DNA of 32,000 nt from Thermodesulfobacterium commune DSM 2178 (GCF_000734015.1 NZ_CP008796.1:1380001-1412000); one strand, 5' to 3'; numbered from the stretch's first letter, positions 8,493-18,184 are shown. Notes: a model not told the origin generated them from the letters alone. Made by a program: numbers and translations.

Positions 8493-9356
8493 ATGGGGAT
8501 GGTAGTTTTTACCTATGTAGCTTTTTTGGTTTGTGTAGTGGGAATAGCTTATAGATTTTATCTGTTTTATAAACTTCCCATAAACATCAGATGGGAGGTT
8601 TATCCAGTACCTCATGAACCAGGAGAAAAGAAAAAATACGGAGGTTCTTACTTAGAGGAGTTTGCTTGGTATGAAAGGAAACTTGAAAAAGACCATGTTG
8701 GAGAATGGGTTGAACCTTTAAAGGAGATTCTGTGGCTTGAGAGGGTTAAAACCTATAATCGTTATGGGCTGTGGATTTGGTCTTTTTGTCTGCACTGGGG
8801 TTTATGGTTGATGTTTTTGTTTGTGATTTTAATGCTAATAAACACAAAGATTTCTATACCTTTAGGGTTGATAAAAACTGTAGGAATTTTAGGATATGGG
8901 ATGGGAAGCTTAGGTGTTTTAGGACTGTTGGTCAAACGTACTATCCATCCAACCCTTAAACTTTACACCAGTCCGATAGATCGGGTTAACCTTTTACTTT
9001 TGTTGGCTTTATTTGTTACAGGCTTTTTGATGGTTGTTTCAGACGATGGGTTAAAACACGCCTTTTTTTACTTTAATGCTATTCTCTTTTTTGCTCCACA
9101 AGAAACTAAATTTGAAGGTATAGCTTTCTGGCATTTCTTTATATTTAATATATTTATACTATATCTTCCTTTTTCCAAATTTTTTCATGGTCCAGCCAAG
9201 TATCTTACTTACCACAAAATTTTATGGGATGACATGCCCCAGTCTAAAGGAAGTAAGATAGAAAAACTTATAGAAAGACAACTGGGCTACCAGGTAGGAT
9301 GGTCTGGCCCTCATGTAAAACCTGAAAAAACCTGGCTTGAAAACGCACAAAACTAA
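8493..9356 (+). CDS. Integral-membrane NarI-family b-type cytochrome, DsrM/HmeC-like
   Basis: The protein is polytopic. RWEVYPVPHE near the N-terminus and conserved His in the helices (CLHWGLW, WHFFIF, FFHGP) fit the DsrM/NarI family. A strong SD (AAGGAGGG) is present. The DsrK-like partner is directly downstream. Confidence 0.7.
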   Translation: MGMVVFTYVAFLVCVVGIAYRFYLFYKLPINIRWEVYPVPHEPGEKKKYGGSYLEEFAWYERKLEKDHVGEWVEPLKEILWLERVKTYNRYGLWIWSFCLHWGLWLMFLFVILMLINTKISIPLGLIKTVGILGYGMGSLGVLGLLVKRTIHPTLKLYTSPIDRVNLLLLLALFVTGFLMVVSDDGLKHAFFYFNAILFFAPQETKFEGIAFWHFFIFNIFILYLPFSKFFHGPAKYLTYHKILWDDMPQSKGSKIEKLIERQLGYQVGWSGPHVKPEKTWLENAQN

Positions 9357-9384
9357 ATCGATAAAACCAAAAAAGGAGGTTAAC

Positions 9385-11034
9385 ATGAGCCTTTGCAACT
9401 TTATAAGACAAGAGTTAGAAGAGAAAAACGAAGAAAGTAAGGTATGTTTTAAAGAACTTTCTAAACCTGGGAAGGAACCTCTGTTCAAATTAGAAGAAAA
9501 AGAAATGTTACAAATTCCTGGCATAGAAGAAGTTAAAGATCAAACCCCAGAAAACTGGTATCAAACCTATAATCTAAGTTTAGACGGCTACAGCATGTTT
9601 CCTCAACCAGATCCTATCTCTCAAGAGGAAAAAGCAGAAATAGTAAAGAGGTTTTTACACGGCCTTAAAAAGTTGCTTAGCCCAAAGTCTAACTGGACGT
9701 TTATAAGACCTCTTAAGCTTTCTTTAGAAAATTGTGTAAGGTGTAACACCTGTGCTGATGCTTGTCATCTATACTTAGCAAGTGGCCGTAAAGAGGTCTA
9801 CCGTCCTAACTTCAGGTCAGAAATATTAAGAAAGATCTACGAAAAACATTTTACTTTAACCGGCAAGCTGAATGCCTTGTTAGGAGAAGAAATAGACATT
9901 ACTTATGATCTCATAAGAAGGCTTTTTGAATTAGCTTATAGGTGTACTCTTTGTAGAAGGTGTGTTCTTTATTGCCCTATAGGAGTAGACAATGGGCTCA
10001 TAGCAAGAGAGCTTAGGAAACTTTTTAGTCAAGAATTAGGGTGGGCTCCTCCTGAGGTTCATCAAAAGGGAACAAGGCTTCATCTAAAGGCTGGTTCTTC
10101 AACTGGGATGAACCCTCAAGGTATTAAAGATACTATATCCTTTTTGGAAGAGGAAATAGCAGAAAAAACCGGCAAAAAAATCAAAATTCCTGTAGATAAA
10201 AAAGGGGCAGAGTATCTTTTTATACACAATGCTGGGGAGTACATTTCCTGGCCAGACCACATGGAGGCCTTTTTTATCTTATTTGATGCCGCAGGTATTA
10301 ACTATACCATAAGCAGTGAACCCTTGGGGTATGATGGAGTTAACTACGGTGCCTGGTATGACGATGTGGAACTGGCAAGAATTGCGGTAAATCATCTAAA
10401 GATAGCACATTCTTTAGGGGTAAAAAAGATCCTGGTTGGTGAATGTGGCCATGCACATAAGGTTTTCTGCGTAATACTGGATCGATTACTTCCTGCAAGT
10501 TCGCCTTTAGCTGAAATAAAAAGAGAAAGCTGCCTTCCTTTAGTTTGGGAAATAGTTAAAAGTGGAAAACTTAAACTTGACCCTTCTCGCAACGACTTTT
10601 ACTTTACTCTACATGACTCCTGCAACATAGTAAGACTTATGGGAATTGTAAAGCCTCAGAGAGAGGTTTTAAACAGGATAGTTCCTCCAGGACGGTTTAG
10701 AGAGATGAACCCCAATGGGGTTAAAAACTATTGCTGTGGAGGAGGAAGTGGGTTTGCTATCATGGGAAGTTTAAACTTTCCAACCTTTCGCAAAAAAGTA
10801 GGCATCAAAGTCAAACTTTGCCAGATAATGGAAACCTTTCAAGATGTCCTTAAAGAAGATAAAATAAAACTGGTAGTAGCAACCTGCTCTAACTGCAAGG
10901 GAACCATAAGGGAGATGGAGCATACTTATCACCTATTTGAAAAGTATAAAATAACCCATTGCGGACTGGTAGACCTGGTAGTAAATGCCATGGTAGACAT
11001 ACCCCCATTTTTAAATTTTGAAGAAATGTTGTAA
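9385..11034 (+). CDS. Cytoplasmic Fe-S / CCG-domain thiol:disulfide oxidoreductase subunit, DsrK/HmeD/HdrD-like
   Basis: It has CVRCNTCADACH and CTLCRRCVLYCP ferredoxin motifs after a ~110-aa N-terminal extension, as in DsrK. The C-terminal CCG domain shows NYCCGGGSG...CSNCKG. The ATG at 9385 follows AAGGAGG, and I reject the start at 9337 in the ORF track. Confidence 0.8.
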   Translation: MSLCNFIRQELEEKNEESKVCFKELSKPGKEPLFKLEEKEMLQIPGIEEVKDQTPENWYQTYNLSLDGYSMFPQPDPISQEEKAEIVKRFLHGLKKLLSPKSNWTFIRPLKLSLENCVRCNTCADACHLYLASGRKEVYRPNFRSEILRKIYEKHFTLTGKLNALLGEEIDITYDLIRRLFELAYRCTLCRRCVLYCPIGVDNGLIARELRKLFSQELGWAPPEVHQKGTRLHLKAGSSTGMNPQGIKDTISFLEEEIAEKTGKKIKIPVDKKGAEYLFIHNAGEYISWPDHMEAFFILFDAAGINYTISSEPLGYDGVNYGAWYDDVELARIAVNHLKIAHSLGVKKILVGECGHAHKVFCVILDRLLPASSPLAEIKRESCLPLVWEIVKSGKLKLDPSRNDFYFTLHDSCNIVRLMGIVKPQREVLNRIVPPGRFREMNPNGVKNYCCGGGSGFAIMGSLNFPTFRKKVGIKVKLCQIMETFQDVLKEDKIKLVVATCSNCKGTIREMEHTYHLFEKYKITHCGLVDLVVNAMVDIPPFLNFEEML

Positions 11035-11045
11035 AATCTTATAAT
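11018..11045 (+). promoter_or_regulatory. Candidate sigma70-type promoter for the MCP gene
   Basis: TTGAAG (11018-11023), a 16 nt spacer, then a perfect TATAAT (11040-11045). It straddles the stop codon of the upstream gene. The SD GGGGGA lies before the ATG at 11081. Confidence 0.4.
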
Positions 11046-11080
11046 GTAAGACTATTTAAAAATTTCCGAAGGGGGATTAG

Positions 11081-12304
11081 ATGGAAGAAAAAACTAAAAT
11101 CAAAACTAAACTTTGGAACTTAACAATTTTTCACATTTTTATCTTGTTTTTGCTTAACTTGAGTTTTTTATACCTATCTTGGAAAGTACAACCTGGTATC
11201 AAAGAAAAAGGTCTCAAAGATTTTTTAACCTACGGAACGATTATTTTATCCCTTTTTTCTTTTATAGCAGTTCTGGTTGAGCTAGTCTGGAGCTGGAGGG
11301 TTATAGACAACATAGGGAAAAGTGCCCAAGAACTCAAAAGGGTGTTGGCTACCCTTCATAAAGGAGATTTTACGGTTGACATAAAGGTATACGGTAACGA
11401 TGAGCTTGGGGTAGCCTCTCAGCTTCTACATGAGATCATACTTAAAAGAAGAAAATTTTTTTCTCAGGCTAAGGATATTTCAGAAAATCTCTTTAGTTAT
11501 TCTACAACCATATCTAAGGTCTCAACAGAGCTAACAGAAAACCTAAGGTTTTTAACCGAAAAATCAGCTCAGATGACTATGTTTGCCAACCATATTTCTG
11601 AAGCCCTGTCTAACATCGTTCAAAATCTATCCCAAATACGAGATTTTAGCAGTGAAACCTCTGATAGGTCTAAAGAGGGGATGGAGTTTTCCTCTTATCT
11701 CTCAAAAGAAATAAAAGGGCTCAAAGACATCTTTGAGAGGTTGGGAGTGGTGGTTAACGACCTAAGAAAAAGTTCAGACCATATAGGTTCTATCGTGATG
11801 TTGATAAAAGACATCGCTGAACAGACCAACCTGTTAGCCCTTAATGCAACTATCGAGGCAGCAAGGGCTGGAGAACATGGTAAAGGTTTTGCTGTTGTGG
11901 CTGAAGAAGTAAGAAAATTAGCTGATAATACCACCAAAGCTACAGATAAAATCGAAGAGGTTATAAAAGAAATACAAGCCAAAGTCTTTTCAGTAGAAGA
12001 TTCCCTAAAAGGCTCTATAGAAAAGGTTAATAAAGGAGCAGAAATGGCTCAACAAACTGAAAACATGTTAAAAGACATCTATGAAAAGACCCAAGAATTA
12101 AAGGAAAAGATAAACTTTATTGCTTCCTCAAGTGAAGACATCTCTGTGAACATCGAAAACATCTCTAAAGACCTCAATGAAATAGCAGAAAGAGTAAAGG
12201 CCCTTTATACAGCTCAAGAAAACACAAGCCTGGTAGCCTCTCAAGTGCTAAAAGAAAGTGAAACCTTAAAAGAAGCTGTGGGGCTACATAAAGCTAAAAA
12301 TTAG
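11081..12304 (+). CDS. Methyl-accepting chemotaxis protein (two TM helices, HAMP domain, no periplasmic sensor domain)
   Basis: The highly conserved MCP hairpin core [34 protein letters not shown] is present. Two N-terminal hydrophobic helices are separated by only ~15 residues and are followed by a HAMP-like segment. Confidence 0.9.
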   Translation: MEEKTKIKTKLWNLTIFHIFILFLLNLSFLYLSWKVQPGIKEKGLKDFLTYGTIILSLFSFIAVLVELVWSWRVIDNIGKSAQELKRVLATLHKGDFTVDIKVYGNDELGVASQLLHEIILKRRKFFSQAKDISENLFSYSTTISKVSTELTENLRFLTEKSAQMTMFANHISEALSNIVQNLSQIRDFSSETSDRSKEGMEFSSYLSKEIKGLKDIFERLGVVVNDLRKSSDHIGSIVMLIKDIAEQTNLLALNATIEAARAGEHGKGFAVVAEEVRKLADNTTKATDKIEEVIKEIQAKVFSVEDSLKGSIEKVNKGAEMAQQTENMLKDIYEKTQELKEKINFIASSSEDISVNIENISKDLNEIAERVKALYTAQENTSLVASQVLKESETLKEAVGLHKAKN

Positions 12305-12306
12305 GT

Positions 12307-12990
12307 TTACTTCACAGCCTGATATAAGGTTACTATACCAAAGGTTAAAGGACTATAGGTTACCTCTGAAAAACCTGAGGTTAAGAGCATTTCTCTTATA
12401 GCCTCAGGAGACGGGAAAGCCTTTATAGAATCGGCTAAATACATATAAGCCTCTTTGTCTCCGGTTAAAGCCCCTCCTAAAAGGGGCATATAATAACTCA
12501 GGTAAAAATCATAAAATCTTTGCACTAAAAAATTTTTAGGCCAAGAAAATTCAAGGATAATTAGCTTTCCTCCTGGTTTTAAAACCCTAAAAAACTCTTT
12601 TATAGCTTTTTCCTTGTTAGGTAGATTCCTTAACCCAAAGGCTATGCTAATCCCCCCAAAATGGTCGTTCTTGAAAGGTAGTTCCTCTGCATCTCCACAA
12701 ACAGGATAAATGTAGGTATCTTTTATTCTGGAGCTACCAAAGGCAAGCATCTCAAAGCTAAAGTCTAAGGCAAAGGTTTTAGCTAAATTACTCTTTCGAT
12801 AGACCTCTAAGGTTAGGGTAAAAGGTCCACAACAAAGGTCAAGCAGAGGAGGAGAGGCTTCAGCTAACAATAAAGCAACTTTACGTCTCCATAATCTGTC
12901 TTGACCTAAACTTCCTATAAGGTTTACCAGGTCATACCTTCGAACTATCCGGTCAAACTTGTTTTTAACAAAGTTTTTTTCAACCTTCAT
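12307..12990 (-). CDS. ubiE: Demethylmenaquinone / ubiquinone-family C-methyltransferase (UbiE/MenG)
   Basis: The N-terminal VKNKFDRIVRRYDLVNLIGSLGQDRLWRR is the UbiE/MenG signature region. The SAM-binding motif LLDLCCGP and the RVLKPGGKLIILEF motif are present. The gene lies at the end of an mqn gene run. Confidence 0.85.
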   Translation of the reverse strand: MKVEKNFVKNKFDRIVRRYDLVNLIGSLGQDRLWRRKVALLLAEASPPLLDLCCGPFTLTLEVYRKSNLAKTFALDFSFEMLAFGSSRIKDTYIYPVCGDAEELPFKNDHFGGISIAFGLRNLPNKEKAIKEFFRVLKPGGKLIILEFSWPKNFLVQRFYDFYLSYYMPLLGGALTGDKEAYMYLADSIKAFPSPEAIREMLLTSGFSEVTYSPLTFGIVTLYQAVK

Positions 12991-12999
12991 TTTTCACCC

Positions 13000-13830
13000 T
13001 TATCCTATGGGGAAAAAGTTGAGCTCAGGCATATAAGATATAAGTTTTTTCTTGTATAAAATCTCGCAAAAATATAGATATGCCCTTTGTTTTAACCCTG
13101 AAAAATCATACTCTAAATGGGTTAGATAGTTGTATACAAAATCCTTAGGGAGATGAAGATGGGAATGGGTTACCACCTCTTTTAAGTTCGAAAAAGCTTT
13201 AGCCCTGGCAGAATACAGATTTAAACAAAAATCAGCCAGTGCTTGTTTAAAGGATATAAACTCCTTTTTTAGAATAAACAAAGCAAAAACAAACGGAAAA
13301 TGCGTATATTTTAACCACAGTTCTGCAAGGTCAGTGATATCATACCTCTCATCTTTCTTATGCTGAAGGATTAAAGCCTCATCTCCTATAGCTAAATAGC
13401 CCTTTAATTCTTCTCTCTCTTGGTCTGAAAGAGCTCCCCAATTTTTAGAAAGTTCTACATACTTAGGTTTTACCCCTATAAACTCTTCAAGTAAAACCCT
13501 TAAAAGCCAAAAAGAACTTTCGGTCTCTGGGGTTATCCCTACGGGTTGCCCGTCAAGGTCTTGAAGGTCCTCTTTATGATAAAGCACTACACTTTTTACC
13601 TCTCCTACAGCACTTATCGATAGGTCTGGTAAAAGGTAAAATTCTTGAGGATTTTTAGCATAGACTATACTTGAACTTAAGCTTGCACACAAAACATTCT
13701 GTCTAAGAAGTTGATTAAGCTTCTTAGGAACCTCTAACATAAGTTCTATTCTTTGATTTTCCTTAGGAAGGTAAAAAAGTAAGGGGAGTGTGTTTATGTA
13801 AAGAGGAATCCCTATTTTTAGTTTATCCAT
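13000..13830 (-). CDS. mqnA: Chorismate dehydratase MqnA (futalosine pathway)
   Basis: The sequence is VitK2-biosynthesis-family-like: KIGIPLYINTLPLL, ISAVGEVKSVVLY and FPFVFALF. It lacks the SPCPND motif of MqnD. I prefer the start at ATG 13830, which overlaps the upstream gene as ATGGATAA. The 21-codon extension to 13893 in the ORF track lies inside the upstream gene. Confidence 0.75.
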   Translation of the reverse strand: MDKLKIGIPLYINTLPLLFYLPKENQRIELMLEVPKKLNQLLRQNVLCASLSSSIVYAKNPQEFYLLPDLSISAVGEVKSVVLYHKEDLQDLDGQPVGITPETESSFWLLRVLLEEFIGVKPKYVELSKNWGALSDQEREELKGYLAIGDEALILQHKKDERYDITDLAELWLKYTHFPFVFALFILKKEFISFKQALADFCLNLYSARAKAFSNLKEVVTHSHLHLPKDFVYNYLTHLEYDFSGLKQRAYLYFCEILYKKKLISYMPELNFFPIG

Positions 13831-15049
13831 AAATCCTATACTTAACCTCCTTGTTAGAGTTGATAAGAGATACCATCGTCTCCTGAGGGTCATCTATCAG
13901 GTAATCTAAAACCTCAACCACAAGAAGGTTAGGTAAGTATCCAGGGGCAATTGCGCCAAGGTTTTCATATCCCAGAATTTTGGCTCCGGTTAAAGTAGCC
14001 ATCTGAAGAAGGATTTCAGGAGATACTTCAGGAAAGGCTGAATAAAGGGTCTTCAACTCTTCCCAGATAGATAATGAGGTGTTACTAGCTAAACTATCTG
14101 TTCCTATACCTATCTCAAGACCTGACTTTAACAATAAAGGCAAGTTAGGAAGGCCTACCCCTGTAAAAAGATTACTTCTTGGACAAACACAAACCTTAGG
14201 TTTATAGGTTTTAAGAACCTCTAAGTCTTCTTCGTCTAATTGGACAACATGGACTAACAAAGTTTTTTCATCAAGAAGGTTTAAACTGGCTAAGTATTTT
14301 ACCGGGCTTATCCCAGGAGGAGAAAAGCTTTCGTTCCATTGGTTTCTTTCCTCTAACAAGTGTTTTACTGGACCATCGCCAGTCTTTAAAAACTCTACCT
14401 CTTCTTTAAACTCTGCACAATGGATACAAAAAACCTGATTTCTTTTTCTGGTGTAGGCTTTTATTGCCTGAAGAAGTAAAGGAGAAACAGTATAAGGGGC
14501 GTGAGCTGAATAGGTTAACTTAAACCTTGAGTCCAAATCTTGCTTATCAAGAGGTTGCAGCTTAACCCCTCCTTTAAAATTTATAATTTCTCGAAACACA
14601 TAACCATATAAAGGGCTTCCTTTAAGAAGGTCTAAAGTAAGCCCTGAATTTGTGACCTCTCCAACAAGCCCTATCCCCTCTTTCCATAACTCTGAAATCC
14701 CCAATTTTGCGCCTTCTTTTAACTCTATCAGAGTAGTTTCTTCCTTTAGTTTAATTACCTGTTTTACCCAGGTTATAAAATTTTCTGAAGGTTTGATCCT
14801 AAACCTAAAACTGGAGAGCTCAAGATGGGTATGAAGATTGGTTAAACAAGGAAGGATCACCGCTTCTTCAAAATCTATCAGCTTGGCTCCTACCGTTTCT
14901 TTAGACAGGGTTGAAAACTCCCCAACCCTAACAATCCTCCCTTCTCTAATCTCTACGGCCCCGTCTAAAATAGGGGGCAAGGCTACAGGAACCACCCATT
15001 TAGCCCGAAGTAAAAAATGATGGTAAGGAAGGACTTGAATTTCTTTCAT
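13823..15049 (-). CDS. Amidohydrolase-superfamily deaminase, probable aminodeoxyfutalosine deaminase (MTA/SAH-deaminase-like)
   Basis: The metal-binding motif LHTHLELS is present, along with later His/Asp motifs (YSAHAPYT, IHCAE, GTDSLASN). It sits between mqnA and an MqnE/C-family radical SAM gene. The specific substrate is inferred from context only. Confidence 0.6.
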   Translation of the reverse strand: MKEIQVLPYHHFLLRAKWVVPVALPPILDGAVEIREGRIVRVGEFSTLSKETVGAKLIDFEEAVILPCLTNLHTHLELSSFRFRIKPSENFITWVKQVIKLKEETTLIELKEGAKLGISELWKEGIGLVGEVTNSGLTLDLLKGSPLYGYVFREIINFKGGVKLQPLDKQDLDSRFKLTYSAHAPYTVSPLLLQAIKAYTRKRNQVFCIHCAEFKEEVEFLKTGDGPVKHLLEERNQWNESFSPPGISPVKYLASLNLLDEKTLLVHVVQLDEEDLEVLKTYKPKVCVCPRSNLFTGVGLPNLPLLLKSGLEIGIGTDSLASNTSLSIWEELKTLYSAFPEVSPEILLQMATLTGAKILGYENLGAIAPGYLPNLLVVEVLDYLIDDPQETMVSLINSNKEVKYRIYG

Positions 15050-15051
15050 GC

Positions 15052-16113
15052 TTATTCTAAAAGGGTATAATCCATCCTTCTTCTTTTAGGAATATAGCCT
15101 GCAGATGAGATATGATGTCTGATTTCTTCTTCACTCATCCTATGAGAAACCCCGGCAGCAGCTACCACGTTTTCTTCTATCATGGTGGAACCAAAATCAT
15201 TACCCCCAAATTCAAGAGCAATTTGAGCGATATGAGGCCCTTGAGTAACCCAAGAAACCTGGATGTTTTTAACGTTATCAAGCACTATACGAGAGATAGC
15301 TAACACCTTTAAATAATAGGCAGACCCTGCCTTTATCAGGTGGTTTAACCCTGTATTTTTAGGCTGAAAAGTCCAGGGAATAAACGCGGTAAAACCTCCT
15401 GTTTTGTCTTGAAGGGATCGTATCTTCAAAAGATGGTCTATAATCTCCTCCTGGGTCTCGATATGTCCAAACATCATGGTCGCGGTGGTTTTAAGTCCAA
15501 GGTTATGAGCCACCTCCATCACCTTTAACCATTCCTCTGTGGTAGCCTTGTTCGGAGAGATAAGGCGTCTTACCCTATCTGAAAGAATCTCTGCCCCACC
15601 CCCAGGAATAGAATCAAGTCCTGCTTTGATTAACCTTTCCAAAACCTCTTCTATAGACAACCCAAATCGTTTACTGAAAAACACTATCTCAGGAGGAGAA
15701 AAACCATGAACATGCACTTGAGGAAAGTTGGTTTTTATAAAACGCAGCATGTCTTCATAAAAAGAAAAAGGTAGGTCAGGATGAAGCCCTCCTTGCAAAA
15801 GAATTTGATACCCACCTAAGCTTAAGGTTTCTTCTATCTTTTTCCCCAACTCTTCAAAAGAAAGCACATACCCATCTTTTGAGCCTGGAGGTTTATAATA
15901 GGCACAAAACTTACATCCTGAAACACATACATTGGTATAGTTGATGTTTCTATCAACCACATAGGTAACCACCCGTTCAGGGTTAAGTCTAAACCTAACC
16001 TCTCGGGCTAACCATCCAATTTCTTGAAGAGGGAATTTAAAAAGTTCTAAAGCCTCTTCTTTATTTAGTCTGATGCCTTCTATTACCTTTCTTACTACCG
16101 CATCCTTTATCAT
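15052..16113 (-). CDS. Radical SAM enzyme of the MqnE/MqnC family (aminofutalosine synthase or cyclic dehypoxanthinyl-futalosine synthase)
   Basis: It has the CxxxCxxC motif in NINYTNVCVSGCKFCAYY, plus GGYQILLQGGLHP and FIPWTFQP. I cannot separate MqnE from MqnC by eye. The context (mqnA plus deaminase, which are the early steps) favours MqnE. Confidence 0.75.
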   Translation of the reverse strand: MIKDAVVRKVIEGIRLNKEEALELFKFPLQEIGWLAREVRFRLNPERVVTYVVDRNINYTNVCVSGCKFCAYYKPPGSKDGYVLSFEELGKKIEETLSLGGYQILLQGGLHPDLPFSFYEDMLRFIKTNFPQVHVHGFSPPEIVFFSKRFGLSIEEVLERLIKAGLDSIPGGGAEILSDRVRRLISPNKATTEEWLKVMEVAHNLGLKTTATMMFGHIETQEEIIDHLLKIRSLQDKTGGFTAFIPWTFQPKNTGLNHLIKAGSAYYLKVLAISRIVLDNVKNIQVSWVTQGPHIAQIALEFGGNDFGSTMIEENVVAAAGVSHRMSEEEIRHHISSAGYIPKRRRMDYTLLE

Positions 16114-16625
16114 CTTTCTATCCCTATTCTATCCCTAATCCCTTGATCATAGTAATGTTTAATCTTTTTCATTTCAGTCACCAGGTGGGCAAATTCAATA
16201 AGACTTCTTGGAGCATCTCTCCCGGTAATGACTATTTCCACCTCTTCTGGCTTATCCCTCAAGACCTGCAAAATCTCTTTTTCTTCAACCAAACCCCAGT
16301 TAAGAGCAAACGTAAACTCATCTAAAACAATTATATTATACTCTTTAGAAAAAACCAGTCTTTTAGCTTCTTCCCAGCCTTTTTGGATAATTTCTTTTAG
16401 CTCAGAAGTTACTTCTGACACAAAACCTTTCCCCCCAAACTGCTGATAATACAAATTATCGAAAGTCTTGAGAATCTTTACTTCAGAGGAGGTTCCATCC
16501 TTAAAAAACTGAAGAAAAGCTACCTTTAATCCAGCTCCTAAAGCTCTTATACTTAAACCCACAGCCGCGGTGGTCTTCCCTTTTCCATCTCCTGTATAGA
16601 CCTGCACATACCCTCGGTCAATCAT
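16110..16625 (-). CDS. cobO: Cob(I)yrinic acid a,c-diamide / cob(I)alamin adenosyltransferase, CobO/BtuR type
   Basis: The P-loop-like segment YTGDGKGKTTAAVGLSIRALGAG is present, along with ILDEFTFAL, VITGRDAP and VTEMKKIKH, in a ~170 aa protein. It overlaps the downstream radical SAM gene by 4 nt. Confidence 0.85.
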   Translation of the reverse strand: MIDRGYVQVYTGDGKGKTTAAVGLSIRALGAGLKVAFLQFFKDGTSSEVKILKTFDNLYYQQFGGKGFVSEVTSELKEIIQKGWEEAKRLVFSKEYNIIVLDEFTFALNWGLVEEKEILQVLRDKPEEVEIVITGRDAPRSLIEFAHLVTEMKKIKHYYDQGIRDRIGIER

Positions 16626-16633
16626 TTTCCCTC

Positions 16634-17521
16634 CTACTTAAAAAACATTATCAGACAAACCCCTGTTAACATCAAACCTGCTGCTACCAGCCTTAATCCA
16701 AAATAAGATTCCTTAAAAAAGAAATAACCTAAAACCACCGAAAAAAGGATGCTTGTTCTTTTAAGGGCTATCATATAAGCAGTTTCAAGCTGACTTAAGG
16801 CTATCATATGACAATAACACATGAGAGCCTGAGTAAGGCCTACCAAAAATATGCCTTTGATTTGGGTTTTTAGAAAAGAGCCTACCTCTATTTGATAAAA
16901 AACCTTAACTACAAGTCCTGCAGAAATCCCAAGCAAGGTAAAATAAAAAGAAGAAAACCACAAAGGGTCTGTCAGAAGAAGGCCCTTTTTCCCAAGCACA
17001 GACGTGATAGAATATATAAGAGCTACTTGTAGTAAAAGAAAGCTTCCCTTTTCCTTTTTGATGGCTTTTATAGGCTCTAACCACCCTAATCTGGCAGAAG
17101 GAAAATTGATCACATAGCTACCAGCTACCACCAGTAAAATCCCCATAGCACCTTCCAAAGATACCCTTTCTCCAAGCAAAAAATATCCTGTAAGGATGAT
17201 AAAAACCGGGGTAAAAGAAAGAAAAGGTACAGAAACAGAAAGGGGAGAAACCTTTATTCCTTTCATATAAAGAAAGGTAGCTAAAGTTTCTAAACCAAGC
17301 AAAATACCTACTACCACCATAAACTGAGGGGAAAAATATCCTACCCCTACACCTTTAAAAAAGGTAAGATACAAAAAAAGAGGCAAAAGGAAAGGTAAAC
17401 TTCCTACAGTCCTTGCAAAAACCATATAAGAAGTTCCTTTATCAGAAAAATATTTCTTATTTAAAGCATCGCTTAAAGCTACCAAGAACCCGGCAAGGAG
17501 AGCAAAGATAAATCCTATCAT
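16634..17521 (-). CDS. EamA/DMT-superfamily transporter (substrate unknown)
   Basis: It has about 10 hydrophobic helices in two similar halves. This is a family-level call only. Confidence 0.65.
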   Translation of the reverse strand: MIGFIFALLAGFLVALSDALNKKYFSDKGTSYMVFARTVGSLPFLLPLFLYLTFFKGVGVGYFSPQFMVVVGILLGLETLATFLYMKGIKVSPLSVSVPFLSFTPVFIILTGYFLLGERVSLEGAMGILLVVAGSYVINFPSARLGWLEPIKAIKKEKGSFLLLQVALIYSITSVLGKKGLLLTDPLWFSSFYFTLLGISAGLVVKVFYQIEVGSFLKTQIKGIFLVGLTQALMCYCHMIALSQLETAYMIALKRTSILFSVVLGYFFFKESYFGLRLVAAGLMLTGVCLIMFFK

Positions 17522-17533
17522 AAAGTGCCCAAC

Positions 17534-18184
17534 TTAAAGCCCTTTCAGAGGGCAGGGATCACATAAAGGGGAGTTCTTTTTGCAAAAGTTTTTTCCACAG
17601 GCTACCAAAAGCGCATGGTACTCATTAAAAAGCTGTGGGTCTGGAGGGAGATTTTCCATAAAAAGGGTTTGAATTTCGTCATAGGTAGTTTCTTCAGGAA
17701 TAAGAAAATGTCGGTTTAAGATCCTATAGGTATAGGTGTCAACCACAAAGATAGGAAGGTTGCCTCCATATAAAAGAATGCTGTCTACCGTCTCTTTGCC
17801 TAAACCTTTTATGTTCAAAAGCTCTGACCTTAAGTGTGAAAGAGGCTTTTTAAACATAAGAGCAAGGTCGCCTTGATAGTTTATCATCAAAAATTCTACA
17901 AAGGCTTTAAGCCTTTTAGCTTTTAAGTTGTAAAAACCGCTTGGTTTGATAAGTTCAGCCAATTCCTCTACAGGAAGCTGATAAAGGGCCGGAGGACTAA
18001 GCAGCCCTTTTTGTTTTAGGTTGCTAATGGCTTTTTCTACGTTTTTCCAAGAAGCGTTCTGGGTAAGAATAGCTCCCACACAAACTTCAAAAGGGGTCTC
18101 AGCAGGCCACCAGTTTTGAGGCCCAAAAAACTCAAAAAGCCGCTGATAAATCTCTTGTAATACCTCTGGTATCTTTCTGGTCAT
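17534..18184 (-). CDS. Endonuclease III-related HhH-GPD DNA glycosylase-like protein (COG2231-like)
   Basis: ILTQNASWKNVEKAI is present. The helix-hairpin-helix IKGLGKETVDSILLY is followed by PIFVVDTYTYRI, which contains the candidate catalytic Asp. A four-Cys C-terminal cluster reads CGKNFCKKNSPLCDPC. The residue aligned with Nth Lys120 appears to be Glu, which would suggest a monofunctional enzyme. That alignment is from memory. Confidence 0.7.
   Translation of the reverse strand: MTRKIPEVLQEIYQRLFEFFGPQNWWPAETPFEVCVGAILTQNASWKNVEKAISNLKQKGLLSPPALYQLPVEELAELIKPSGFYNLKAKRLKAFVEFLMINYQGDLALMFKKPLSHLRSELLNIKGLGKETVDSILLYGGNLPIFVVDTYTYRILNRHFLIPEETTYDEIQTLFMENLPPDPQLFNEYHALLVACGKNFCKKNSPLCDPCPLKGL

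Noticed and set aside
17534-18184. The idea that the HhH-GPD glycosylase-like protein replaces futalosine hydrolase (MqnB) because it sits in the mqn-containing operon
   Set aside because: The idea is attractive because both reactions cleave an N-glycosidic bond. However, nothing in the sequence supports it beyond co-location. The protein looks like an ordinary Fe-S endonuclease III-related DNA glycosylase, and mqnB/mtnN may be elsewhere in the genome.
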